From contig NC_086107.1 of the NCBI RefSeq assembly GCF_963921235.1, positions 100,008,001 through 100,072,000 of the forward strand: 64,000 nt of DNA, given 5' to 3'. Positions 1 to 11,167 of this stretch are shown piece after piece; the first letter of the stretch is position 1, and every line of letters begins with the position of its first letter. Position numbers and translations under genes: made by a program. Below the pieces are notes generated by a model. It was not told where the DNA came from, searched no databases, and saw only the letters and a program-made list of their open reading frames with translations. Origin of the DNA: Mobula hypostoma. Lineage: Eukaryota.

Positions 1-544
1 ATTGATTTGGTGATGGGATTCAGCGGGGAAAGGAGCGTGATAAGTGTGTGTTAATTGTGAACGTGAAGATGTTATTTTGACATTCCGGTTGGCAGAGGAG
101 TCACTTCTTCCTCGTTTATGGAGGTCAAAGGTTGGAAGGTCATTGCACTGGCCAGATGCCAACATATATTAAAACGCGTCAGTGCGTTTAATCAAGTGGG
201 ACTGCTCAGCCCTGCTTGAAGTGTGAGCAAACCTGATGGCAGATTATTCAGCTGCGGCAGATGTGAGGAATGATTTCAGACGCAGTCGGTACTCCCGGAC
301 ACAGTCTGACTCGATAATTAGGCAGTGATTGGGGGGAATTTTCCCACATAAATCCAGCTCACACTGCTATCTTGCTCAGTGGCAACGCTGCATTAGTAAA
401 GAAAAATCTGCTTGGGTTTGTTCCAAAATTTATTTGGATCATGGCTGATTTTTCATGTTCCTACCCTAGTTTTGTAATCCTAAAAAGCACAGGGTTGTCA
501 CTTCACCCCGAGAGGAAATAATTCTTCATTCTACTCGAAGACAA

Positions 545-1565
545 GACACACACAATGCTGAAAGAACTCAGCAGGTCAGGCAGCATCTACGGAAATGAAC
601 AAATTGTTGATGTTTCAGGCTGAGATTCTTCTACCAGGGGTAGACACCAGGATAAGAAGGTTAGGGGGGGAGGGGAAGGAGGATAGCGAGAGGATGATGG
701 TTGGGTGGTTGGGAAAGGTAAAGGGCTGGAGAGGAAGGAACCGGATAGGAGAGTGGACCATAGGAGAAAGAGAAGGAGGAGGGGTGCTAAGGGAGGCGAT
801 AGGCAGGTGTGAAGAGGTAAGGGGCCTGAGAGGGGAATATTAGAAGGGGGAGAGGAGAAATCGATATTCATGCCATCAGGTGGGAGTCTACCCACACGGA
901 ATATAAGGTGTTGCTCCTCCATCCCGAGGGTGACCTCATTGTGGCACAAGAGGAAGGAGAATAGGAATTGAAATTAAAATGCTGAACCAGCAGAAAGTTG
1001 CCTTGCCTTGCCCGACGCCGGCCCCCTAGGCCTGAGTCGACATAGTAGTAGTAGCGGAAAGTTCTGCTTTTGGCGAATGCAGCAGAGGTGATTGATGAAG
1101 CAGTCCTCCAATTTACGAGGGGGCTCACCGGTGTAGAGGAGGCCATGTTGGGAGCACCAGACACAGTAGACGATCTCAGCAGAGTCACGGCTGAAGTGTT
1201 GCCTCACCTGGAAGGACTGCTTGGGGCCTCTGAATGGAGGTGAATGGGCAGACGTAGCACTTTGGCCATTTGCAGGGATAAGTGCCGGGAGGGACGAATG
1301 GAAACAGGAACCATGGAGGGAGCGACCCCTGCAGGAAATGGGGTGGGGAGGTAAAGATATGCTTAGCGGTAGGAGCCCTTTGGAGATGACGGAAATTGCA
1401 GAGGATGATGTGTTGGATGCAGCGGTTCATGGGGTGAAAGGTGAGGACAAGAGCAACTCTATCACCATTGAGGCAGCGAGAAATTGGGTGACACGGATGT
1501 TTGGGAAAAGGAGGAGATGCGGGTGAGGGCTGCGTCAGTGGTGGAGGAAGGGAAACCCCATTATT
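545..1565 (-). mobile_element. Penelope-like retroelement, degenerate 3' part (GIY-YIG endonuclease and terminus)
   Basis: Frameshifted translations GTYPCKWPKCYVCP, IVYCVWCSQHGLLYTGE and EEQHLIFRVGRLPPDGMNIDFS; terminal repeat GAACTCAGCAGGTCAGGCAGCATC. Confidence 0.85.
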
Positions 1566-1664
1566 CTACTCTTCCAAATAGGGTGTCAAAATCTCTCCAT
1601 CTAAATTCAAGTGATCAGAGCAGCACCTAAAGTAGCTGGCAGCACAGTGCTGCACTGGTAGGGT

Positions 1665-1765
1665 CCAGTGGCCTTGGGTTCGACCTTTGTGGAAGTTTGC
1701 ACGTTCTCCCTGTGGCCACGGTGGTTTCTTTCGGGTGCTCTGGTTGCCTCCTACACTCCCAGATC
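1665..1765 (+). mobile_element. V-SINE (HE1-like) fragment
   Basis: GGGTTCGA B-box followed by V-domain GTTTGCACGTTCTCCCTGTG...GGGTGCTCTGGTT. Confidence 0.6.
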
Positions 1766-2364
1766 CAGGCTGGTAGATTACTTGGCCGCTGTAAACTGCT
1801 AAAGGACTTTTCCAGCTGCAGCAATGGAGGAGCCCGGCTTTTGTACACAAAGGGCACAGCTGAAGGTTTTTCAGATATGTTCAACCAGAAGTGATAAATA
1901 AATGATCCATTTTGGTTTCTTCCTGCAATTGCCACACTCTCACACACACACATCTTCAGTCCATTCTGTTAACCCCACAAGACATCAAGGAGTAGCAGAG
2001 GGCAATGGGTGCAGTTATCATCCAAGCTGTTGTACTGCGCTCCCAAATTGAGCTGCATCTCCAGACATGCAGGTCCAGCAACAGAGGCAGCCACTCACCA
2101 AAGTGGAAAATTGCCCAGGTGCATCCTGTTCACAATGAATTTAACTTGGCTGTTTACGACCTAATCCATTCACTCTCATTCATCAGCAGGTGATGGGAGG
2201 TGTCATCATCTACCATCAAACGGCAATTACTCATTGGCTCCTTGATGCCCGGTTAAGATTACACCAAGACCATTTAGATTCACTCTTTATTGCAACCTTT
2301 CTCCAGGTATGAACCAAACAGCTGAACTCCTGTTCTTGCCATTAAGGTAAAATGCAATGCATTT

Positions 2365-2598
2365 ATTTATTTTATTGAGATACTGCATGGAATAGGCCCT
2401 TGTGACCCTTTGAGGCCAGCAATCCCCCCGTTTAAACCTAGCCTTATCACGGGACAATTTACAATGACCTACCATTTGGTATGTGGGGGGAAACTCGTGC
2501 AGTCAGAGGGTGAACGTACGGACTCCTACAGGTCAGTGGTGGGAATTGAACCTGGATCGCCTGTACTGTAAAGCGTTGTGTTAACCACTACGCTACCT
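2365..2598 (-). mobile_element. tRNA-derived V-SINE
   Basis: Minus head GGTAGCGTAGTGGTTAAC...GGTTCAATTCCC; homologous to the copies at 19.9-20.2, 25.6-25.9, 46.8-47.1 and 59.4-59.8 kb. Confidence 0.7.
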
Positions 2599-3109
2599 GA
2601 ATGTGACATCAATGAGCCCTGATAAAACTGTGGTGATTAGGTTTCAAGGGGAACACACTACCTAGAGAGGCTGCCGGAGGGGGTGGGAATCTGAGCAGTA
2701 CGTCAGCAAGTATTAAAGGTTAATGTTATGACCATTAAGCTTGAAAGGAAAGACAGGCAGGGACAGGTTAATGACATGGTGGGACTGATGGGTTGAAGAA
2801 TGTTTATTTCTATTCAAGTATTTTGGGTGAAGCCGGTGAACTTAAGATTCTGTATCAACACATGGAACCATGATGTTGCGGCCATTACGAATACTCGGTT
2901 GCGGGGGAGATAGGACTGGCAGCTTGATGTTCTCGGGCTTCGATGATTTCGATGTGATGGGGGTAAAAGAGGTGGAGAGTTGCATTACTAATCAGGAAAA
3001 CTTCACAGCTGTATTCAGAAATCACACACTGGAGTGCTCATCCACTGAGCAGAGTGCAGTCACTCTGATGGCATTATACGACAGGTCTCCCAAATAACGA
3101 AAGAAGTAT

Positions 3110-4987
3110 TTTGTGTTTGTGTTCACCAAGGGAGAGGAGTAGCTACGGCATTGCTTAGAGTCAGTGGACCGGGCCGTGTTTAAGGACTCGTCAGATTATC
3201 TGAATGAACACACCATGACTTTATAAAAAACAGTCGTGGACGAGTGTGTCCCCACAAAATCATTCAGAGTCTTCCCCAACCTCAGCAATCCGCTGAGGGC
3301 CAGATCAGTGGCATTTGGGTCTGGCGACCAAGTAAAATACAAGAGGTCCAAGAGCAAAGTGGAATTTCAGCACCAAACTTGAAGCACTGAGGATGATTGA
3401 CAGCTGTAGCAAGACTTGAATGCTATCACCTCCTACAAAGTGAAACCAAACAACATAAGTGACAAGTCTTTGCTCCCAGATCAGCTCAATGCTTTTTACG
3501 CTCACTTTGACCATCAAAACATTGGGGAATCTTCATGAACTGCCACAGCCCCTCGTGACCCTGTGATTTCAGTCTCTGAGCTGGAATGAGAGCGAACTCA
3601 CGGGAAACATCCAGCCCAGAGGGTGTACTTGGCTGAGTACCTAAGACCTGTGCTCATTAACTGGCTGGATTGTCCATTGTTATCTTTAACCTTTCGCTTC
3701 AGCATTCTGCAGGCTTAAATTATATTGGTACCTAAGAAGAACGTGGTAACCTCCCTCAACGACTACCATCCAGTAGCACTTACATCCACTGTAACAAAGT
3801 GCTTCAGGGAGTGGTTCGTGTTGAAACATATCAACTCATGCCTGAGAAGTAATTTGGATCCACTCCAATTTGCCTACCGGCACAACAGGTCAACAGCAGA
3901 TACAAGACGCAAGGGCTTTTCACTCAACCATGGAACATCTGGACAAAGATGTATACATCAGGATGCTCTTCACTGACTACAGCTCGACACTCAATACTAT
4001 CATCCCTTCAAAACTATACCATAAGCTTTAAGACCTTGGCCTCAATACCTCCTCGTGCAGCTGGATCCTATTTCCTCATTGCAGACCCCAGTCAGTTCAG
4101 ATTGACAACATCTCCTCCACAACATCCCTCAGCAGAGGTGCACCACAAGGCTGTGAGCTTAGTCCCCTGGCTCTACTCGCTTGACATTTACGACTGTGTG
4201 GCTAAGCACAGCTCCAAATGCCATATTTAAATTTGCTGACGACACCACTGTCATTGGCCATAACAAAGGTGGTGATGAATCAACGTACAGAAAGGAGATT
4301 GAAAATCTGGCTGAGTGGTCCCACAATAACTTCTCACTCAACGTCAGCAAGAGCAAAGAAGCCGATTATGACTTCAGGAGGAAGAAACCGGAGGCTCAGG
4401 AGCCAGTCCTCATCGAGGGATCAGAAGTGGAAGGCTTCAGCAAATTTAAATTCCTCAGTGTTATCAATTTAGAGAATCTCTCCTGGGTCATTATAAGTGC
4501 CATTATGAAGAAAACATGACAGTGTTTCTACTTAGAAGTTTGCAAAGATTCAACATGTCATCTAAAACTTTGACGAACTTCTATAGATATATGATGGAGA
4601 GTATATTGACAGGTTGCATAATGGCCTGGTATGGAGACACCAATGCCCTTAAATGGAAAAGCCTACAAAAAGTAGTGGATATGGCCCAGTCCATCACAGG
4701 TAAAGCCCCTCCCCACCCTCCACTGAGCACATCTGCACGGAGGGCTGTCGCAGAAAAGTAGCATCCACCAACGACCCCCACCATCCAGTCTATGCTCTCT
4801 TCTCACAGCTGCCATCAGGAAGGAGGTACAGGAGCTTCAGGACCCACACACCAGGTTCAGAAACAGTTATTACCCCTCAACCATCAGGCTCTTGAAACAG
4901 AGGGTATAACTTCACTGAACTGTTCCCACAACCTATGGACTCACTTTCAAGGATTCTTCATCTCATGTTCTCAATATTTATTGCTTT
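3110..4987 (+). mobile_element. Rex1/Babar LINE, degenerate reverse-transcriptase region
   Basis: [45 protein letters not shown] and TLTNFYRYMMESILTGCI in shifting frames; the tail resumes at ~5920. Confidence 0.85.
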
Positions 4988-5917
4988 TTTGCGGATGACA
5001 TGAAGCTGGGTGGCAGTGTTAGCCGTGAGGAGGATGCTAAGAGGATGCAGGGTGACTTGGATAGGTTGGGTGAGTGGGCAAATTCATGACAGATGCAATT
5101 TAATGTGGATAAATGTGAAGTTATCTACTTTGGTGGCAAAAATAGGAAAACAGATTATTATCTGAATGGTGGCCGATTAGGAAAAGGGGAGGTGCAACGA
5201 GACCTGGGTGTCATTATACACCAGTCATTGAAAGTGGGCATGCAGGTACAGCAGGCGGTGAAAAAGGCGAATGGTATGCTGGCATTTATAGCGAGAGGAT
5301 TCGAGTACGGGAGCAGGGAGGTACAACTGCAGTTGTACAAGGCCTTGGTGAGACCACACCTGGAGTATTGTGTGCAGTTTTGTTCCCCTAATCTGAGGAA
5401 AGACATCCTTGCCTTAGAGGGAGTACAAAGAAGGTTCACCAGATTGATTCCTGGGATGGCAGGACTTTCATATGAAGATAGACTGGATGAACTGGGCTTG
5501 TACTCATTGGAATTTAGAAGATTGAGGGGGGATCTGATTGAAACGCATAAGATCCTAAAGGGATTGGACAGGCTAGATGCAGGAAGATTGTTCCCGATGT
5601 TGGGGAAGTCCAGAACGAGGGGCCACAGTTTGAGGATAGAGGGGAAGCCTTTTAGGACCGAGATTAGGAAAAACTTCTTCACACAGAGAGTGGTGAATCT
5701 GTGGAATTCTCTGCCACAGGAAACAGTTGAGGCCAGTTCATTGGGTATACTTAAGAGGAAGTTAGATATGGCCCTTGTGGCTACGGGGGTCAGGGGGTAT
5801 GGAGGGAAGGCTGGGGCGGGGTTCTGAGTTGGATGATCAGCCATGATCATAATAAATGGTGGTGCAGGCTCGAAGGGCCGAATGGCCTACTCCTGCACCT
5901 ATTTTCTATGTTTCTAT
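4988..5917 (+). mobile_element. CR1 LINE, 5'-truncated young copy
   Basis: 244-aa ORF 5093-5827 ([34 protein letters not shown]); 3' tail GGGCCGAATGGCCTACTCCTGCACCTATTTTCTATGTTTCTAT. Confidence 0.92.
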
Positions 5918-6425
5918 ATACTTATTATTATCTCTTACCTTTTTTCTCTTTTTCTGTATTTGCAGTTTGTTGTTATTTACACCAACTACCATCTCAGGTG
6001 AAATACAAGAGGCTCTTACACTACTGAGAGACAGGGTGACTGAAGTATGTAAAATTGAGGCTTCTAGATAGGGATTCTGTAGAAAATCATCTCATTTCAG
6101 ATGTAGATAAAATTAGAGGCCATACTGTATATTAAGGCAGAGGATGAAATTCAAATGAGATACAAAAGAGGATCTTCTTGGCTCAAAAAGGGATATACTG
6201 CTGGACAGAGTGGCTAAAGCTGCATCACTGACAGCATTTAAGTGTCTAAATGAGCTCTTGAATCACTTGGGTATAAAAGGCTATGGACTAAGTGCTAGGA
6301 GATGGGAATAATATGGAAGGGTAAACAGCAGTCACCTTGGGCTAAACAGCCTTTTCCTATGGTGTATCATTCTATGATTCCATTTGAAGAGCAGAGCACT
6401 TCTGATAGTGTTTGGTAACTATTTA

Positions 6426-6925
6426 TCACTGGTGAGATCACTCTGCTACTGAGAGGGGAGACTGCCTTTTGATCCATGGTGGGATCGCTCTGCTATGGAG
6501 AGGGGAGACTGCCTTTTGATCGATGGTGAGATCACTCTGCTATGGAGAGGGGAGACTGCCTTTTGATCGATGGTGGGATCGCTCTGCTATGGAGAGGGGA
6601 GACTGCCTTTTGATCGATGGTGGGATCGCTCTGCTATGGAGAGGGGAGACTGCCTTTTGATCGATGGTGAGATCACTCTGCTATGGAGAGGGGAGACTGC
6701 CTTTTGATCGATGGTGGGATCGCTCTGCTATGGAGAGGGGAGACTGCCTTTTGATCGATGGTGGGATCGCTCTGCTATGGAGAGGGGAGACTGCCTTTTA
6801 TCACTGGTGGGATCGCTCTGCTACTGAGAGGGGAGACTGCCTTTTGATCGATGGTGGGATCGCTCTGCTACTGAGAGGGGAGACTGCCTTTTGATCGATG
6901 GTGGGATCGCTCTGCTACGGAGAGG
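6426..6925. repeat. 47-bp minisatellite, ~10.6 copies
   Basis: Unit TCGATGGTGGGATCGCTCTGCTATGGAGAGGGGAGACTGCCTTTTGA starting at 6426, 6473, 6520, 6567, 6614, 6661, 6708, 6755, 6801, 6848 and 6895 (partial). Confidence 0.97.
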
Positions 6926-7150
6926 AAAAGACCTGCCACTGTACCCAGAGGTATTACCCAGGTTTTCTGTGTTTTCAATATGGACTTGGCCTATAGACTT
7001 TTTTTTCCCAGTCTTACATTCTCAATGTGCCTGTTCCATTTTTGTTGTGCAGGGAGGAGGGATTTAGGGCTTCTTTTCTTTCTTGGTTTTGTGTCTATCT
7101 GGAGAAGAAGAATTTCAGAATTGTATACTTCCATAATAAATTAAATGTAC
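6900..7150 (+). mobile_element. 3' part of an unclassified non-coding dispersed repeat (same family as 45502-46380)
   Basis: Aligns to the reverse complement of ~45510-45835, including CAGGTTTTCTGTGTTTT..TGGACTTGG and GGAGAAGAAGAATTTCA...AATAAAT. Confidence 0.75.
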
Positions 7151-8852
7151 CTATTTATTGTAGGCTAATAAGAACCAGAGATAAACTGATTATTATCCTG
7201 ATTGGTCTTGCCAAGGATAGACTGCCTGCAGTACCTTGTTACAACTTCATTCTCAAGGGCTAAGTCATCAGGATTGTTGAAGCTAATACAATAAAATTAC
7301 CAGAATTTCAATTCCACTGAGATGCTTCTCACATCCTCCTTCTTGGATCTTTAGGTCCCAATATCTCATTAGCCTCAATGTTCAGTTACTGTTTCAGAAA
7401 TGCAAGTTTTGATCTAGTTTCATGCAACATCTGCATATTTCCATAAAGAGATTGGGAGTTCGAATCCTTGCCAATGACCTTGCATGACCCAGGCTCAAAT
7501 GAGCAAAGTTCCAGTCCTGCGAAGACCCCATACTCAAAGAGATAGAGATGGTGAGTGTGGGTGTGCAAAGGCAAAAAGTAGGGGAAAAATCATTAAAATT
7601 TGTAATTTGCTGGATTTATTTGATATATATTTGTTACACTGGTGGCAAAATTTAAGACTGCAAAAGAATGCCAGAATTCAGTTACAAAATGATCAGTTTG
7701 TAAATGATAAGTTAAACATTGCTAATTATTTAGCCCTCAGCTTCAGTTCTGCTTCATCCAAGTGACGTGCCGAAGGAAATTTTCCAGTTGGTGATAAAAG
7801 GTCGAGTTTCAAGATGGTGCCAGTGAACCATGGCGATGTTCTGTGGGCTGAACTTTGAACTTTGTTTCTGCAGTAGGCAAGTGTATGCCAGAAGCAGGAA
7901 GGAAGCACTAGTGGTGATATTGGTAAGGACCCAATATGTAATTTTAAAAAAAGGCAGGGGATACACAGTTGGTCAGACAGCATCCGTGGAGAGAGAAACA
8001 GTGGTACCCTTTGAGGTAAGTAATTCTTCAGAATGTTAAGTTTACTTTCTACAGATACTGCATGACCTTCTGAGTACTCACAGTAATTTACTTTTTGTTA
8101 AATTCCTTAATACATGCAGTTGCTTAGAGTCCAGCGATATTCATCCCACTCACATCAAGCATAGAGTTTTGGGAATCTGTTCTTATAGTTCTAAGTGTCT
8201 GTCGGGTTAAAAATATTGTCACTTGCCACAAAAAGCTGCTCACTTTCTTCTGCAGTTCAACTGCTGCTCCTAATTCAGTGACTGCCAGAAATCCTTTGGG
8301 CTATGTGGTGATCCAACAACAGGGCTGCAGATATGGATGATTTCCACCTCCCCCTTATTCATCTCCACTGATCTGGACAAGGAGCAGAGGCAAGTTTTAC
8401 TGGAAGTATCACTGCTTTGTTGGACATGAACATAATTTAGTTTCTGATGGTGATTAAATCCAAGGATCTTTTCACTCCGATGAAAGATAAGCTGGACAGT
8501 TCCTTTTGACAAAGGAACCAAATTATACTAATGCATAACCTTAGCACCATTACAGGCCATCCCCAGGTGACCAATGGTTGAATTATAGACAACCCTAAAT
8601 ATGAACAAGCTCACATGATATATTAAGAAGTCCAATGTATGTACATATGTTCATTTCTATGAATGGCAGAACAAGTTTCTATTCTCACACCACGTTGTTC
8701 TTTCTTTCTTCTCCATTGATCTGGACAGAGTCTTACACTTTTGATATTATTCATTACTAACCTGTGGAAGTGTGGTTAACATAATCAAGTAATTTTCTGA
8801 CTTATGGACAAAACTATCTTTAGGACAGTTTTAATGTTTAAATGGAACTAAT

Positions 8853-8939
8853 CTGTAGATGAAAATCAGGCTTTCATTTTGGACAGTCCGTAATAAGCTC
8901 CAAATACTTTCAAAATGAAAGCCTGACTTTTATCTACAG
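8853..8939. repeat. Inverted repeat, 29-bp arms (27/29 match), 29-nt loop
   Basis: CTGTAGATGAAAATCAGGCTTTCATTTTG (8853-8881) versus CAAAATGAAAGCCTGACTTTTATCTACAG (8911-8939). Confidence 0.85.
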
Positions 8940-10386
8940 TACATTTAACATTGTTCTACAAATATCAGCAGCAATATTTCAACAGATTGTCCGTTTGTCC
9001 CACAGGATCTAATCAATCCCGAGTCCCTGGAGCAGTGAGACAACAGGATTAATTGCTGCACCACTGTACTGCCTTCGTCTCTCTTTGACTTTGGACCTGG
9101 GCAGCCATCAGCCTTCCAAAACATCCAGGCTGGGACAGGATTTCTAAATCCTCAATAAAGGCAAAATTCTATTTGCAAAGAGTCATTGTGTTTCATTACG
9201 AGGAGTACAGCAAGGCAAGAGAATTTTACTAACTGTTCCATTACATCCAAGACAGAAGGTTACATCCCAAAGCAAGTAGGCAAAGCAAATTAAGTCACTC
9301 AGCTGTTTCCCAGAATTAACAGGTTCTTACTAAATGCACTCACTCAGTGCTGATGTACAATTCAAAGCAAGGACAAGATATGCAAATCATGAGGGTGACA
9401 TTTTGTTTTAAGATAGACGAGTTTTGGGAGACAATGTGTTTGAGTTCAGTACCACGCTTTTGTTTTACCCACTTTGTTTAACCTACACTTCTACCGCAGT
9501 TAATAAATCAGTAGATTCCACCAGCAACATTGGTCAGTTCTTTGTACCGAACAATCCAGGATTATTTTTACTTTATCTCAAGTCCAGTCATAGTTTGATT
9601 TTAGCAATCCAGGGACCTCAAAAGCCATCTCTAATGCAAAGCCCTTTCTCACACTACCTTTGTGCCTGCTGAACAGAGAAATGACGGGGCACGCCACAGG
9701 AAGCTCAAATGCCCAGAGGACACAGTAACAGAGCTTTATGTAGCCTTGTCATCCATGCTGCACCTTCCCTTCTCTCTCTCTATCGATTAGTTTTCTTCCT
9801 TTCCCACCTCACACCAACAAGAGATGCCCTCAGTTCATCCAACAGTCATTACAGACAACACAGAATGTGGGCACTGATACTTTGCACTACAGAATACCTC
9901 TTGTATCTTCTCCCTAGTCCTGGTTTTTGAAGGCAGCTCCAGCTGCTGCCCAAGCCAAGATCAATGAGCTCTCATGCAGTGACTGAAATCAAGAGAGTTT
10001 ATTTCTGGAGGCCAGTATTAGACCCAGCTGTGCTTCATGTTTATGGGTTCCAAGATTTACAATACAAACTGCAGCCAGGTGGCTCTCTCCACTGACACAC
10101 TGAGTCGGACTGAACACAGCTGTAGTCATGCAGTTTTCTCAGCTGTGAATTATGTAGAATGTCACATCTCGGGTAACTTGCCAGAAATTTAAAGGGTGCA
10201 GCAAACCTCCTTCCCCTGCCAGGTTTCACTTCCCCTCTCAGACAACAGTACTGCATTTGTGTGAGGGCATATTCCTTTTGGTGGTTAAGAGATAAAACGG
10301 AAGAGAGTTAATGGTGAATGTATTACATCAAGGCTCTAGCCAAGTAGAACAAATTCTCTGGGGTGTCAAATTTATGATATACTGCC

Positions 10387-10392
10387 TTTATT
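10387..10392 (-). terminator. Candidate TXN2 polyadenylation signal AATAAA
   Basis: First minus-strand AATAAA I found downstream of the stop (~670 nt); another lies at 9998-10003. Usage is unproven. Confidence 0.35.
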
Positions 10393-11056
10393 TGTATATT
10401 TGTCGTATTTCATTTCTTCTTGCTTATGTGTTCAATACCAGGGAAAGTCTTTCTTTCCCCAGCAGTACCCAGTGACTGCTCACTACTCTCAGAGTAATCA
10501 CAACAGAGTTTATATTAAAATGGATTATTAAGCAAAGAAATGGTTGTGGCAGAAACCCATTTCAAAAGCAAAAGAGATAGAGCTAACAGCACGGTTTCTG
10601 AAGAACCCTGATTACTGATTCTTATGATACAAACCCTTCATTACGGTGGAGAACCTGAATCTATTTCATGATTTTTTTTAAAGTCTGATTCCAATCTTTC
10701 TAAACAACTTTGCATTTTGTATTACTGACTTGGTTTCAGTTGCTGCCAGTGATCCTACACAAGTCACAATGGGAAAATGGAGTGGAAAGAACTCATAGTT
10801 CCAGCAAGTGGAGCATGGTGGATAGAGCAGGAGAAGGAACCAACAACACTGCTAAGTTAAAGCTCTTCAGGCTACCAGGTAACTGGAGTCAGACTGTGTA
10901 TCATGTGTGACACCGAATAAATGTTTTAGAATGTGACAGGAGAGACAGCTACAGGAATTCCTCCCAGCCATCAGCAGCATTTAGGACTTCACTAAAAATA
11001 AACACTTAGTTGAGAAGTGGAGGATCACATGGCCAACTCAGACCTTTACAGCTCAG

Positions 11057-11167
11057 TCAAATCAGCTTTTTGATAAACACTTCCAGGTCATCTTCACTTT
11101 TAACACCTATGAATTGGTCCACAACGTTGCCATCCTTAATAGCGAGTACAGTCGGGACTGCAGACAC
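11057..11167 (-). CDS. TXN2: TXN2 last coding exon (111 nt including TGA)
   Basis: attttgcag|GTG TCT GCA GTC CCG ACT...AAG CTG ATT TGA; VSAVPTV is the cis-proline loop of thioredoxins. This exon is not in the supplied ORF track and was read manually. Confidence 0.95.
   Translation of the reverse strand: MSAVPTVLAIKDGNVVDQFIGVKSEDDLEVFIKKLI

Noticed and set aside
5093..5827. 244-aa ORF as a host gene (also 17487-18146, 17866-18600, 21628-22260 and the antisense ORFs 5158-5850 and 21659-22477)
   Set aside because: These are CR1 ORF2 fragments or their antisense shadows, truncated and frameshifted.
6426..6925. CRISPR-like array
   Set aside because: The units are head-to-tail with no unique spacers, there are no cas genes, and the context is vertebrate. 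It is a minisatellite.
11006..11059. Selenocysteine or read-through at the TXN2 TGA
   Set aside because: The TGA falls at the normal C-terminus, the context TGA-CTGA is not the TGA-CTAG read-through motif, and no SECIS was recognised.
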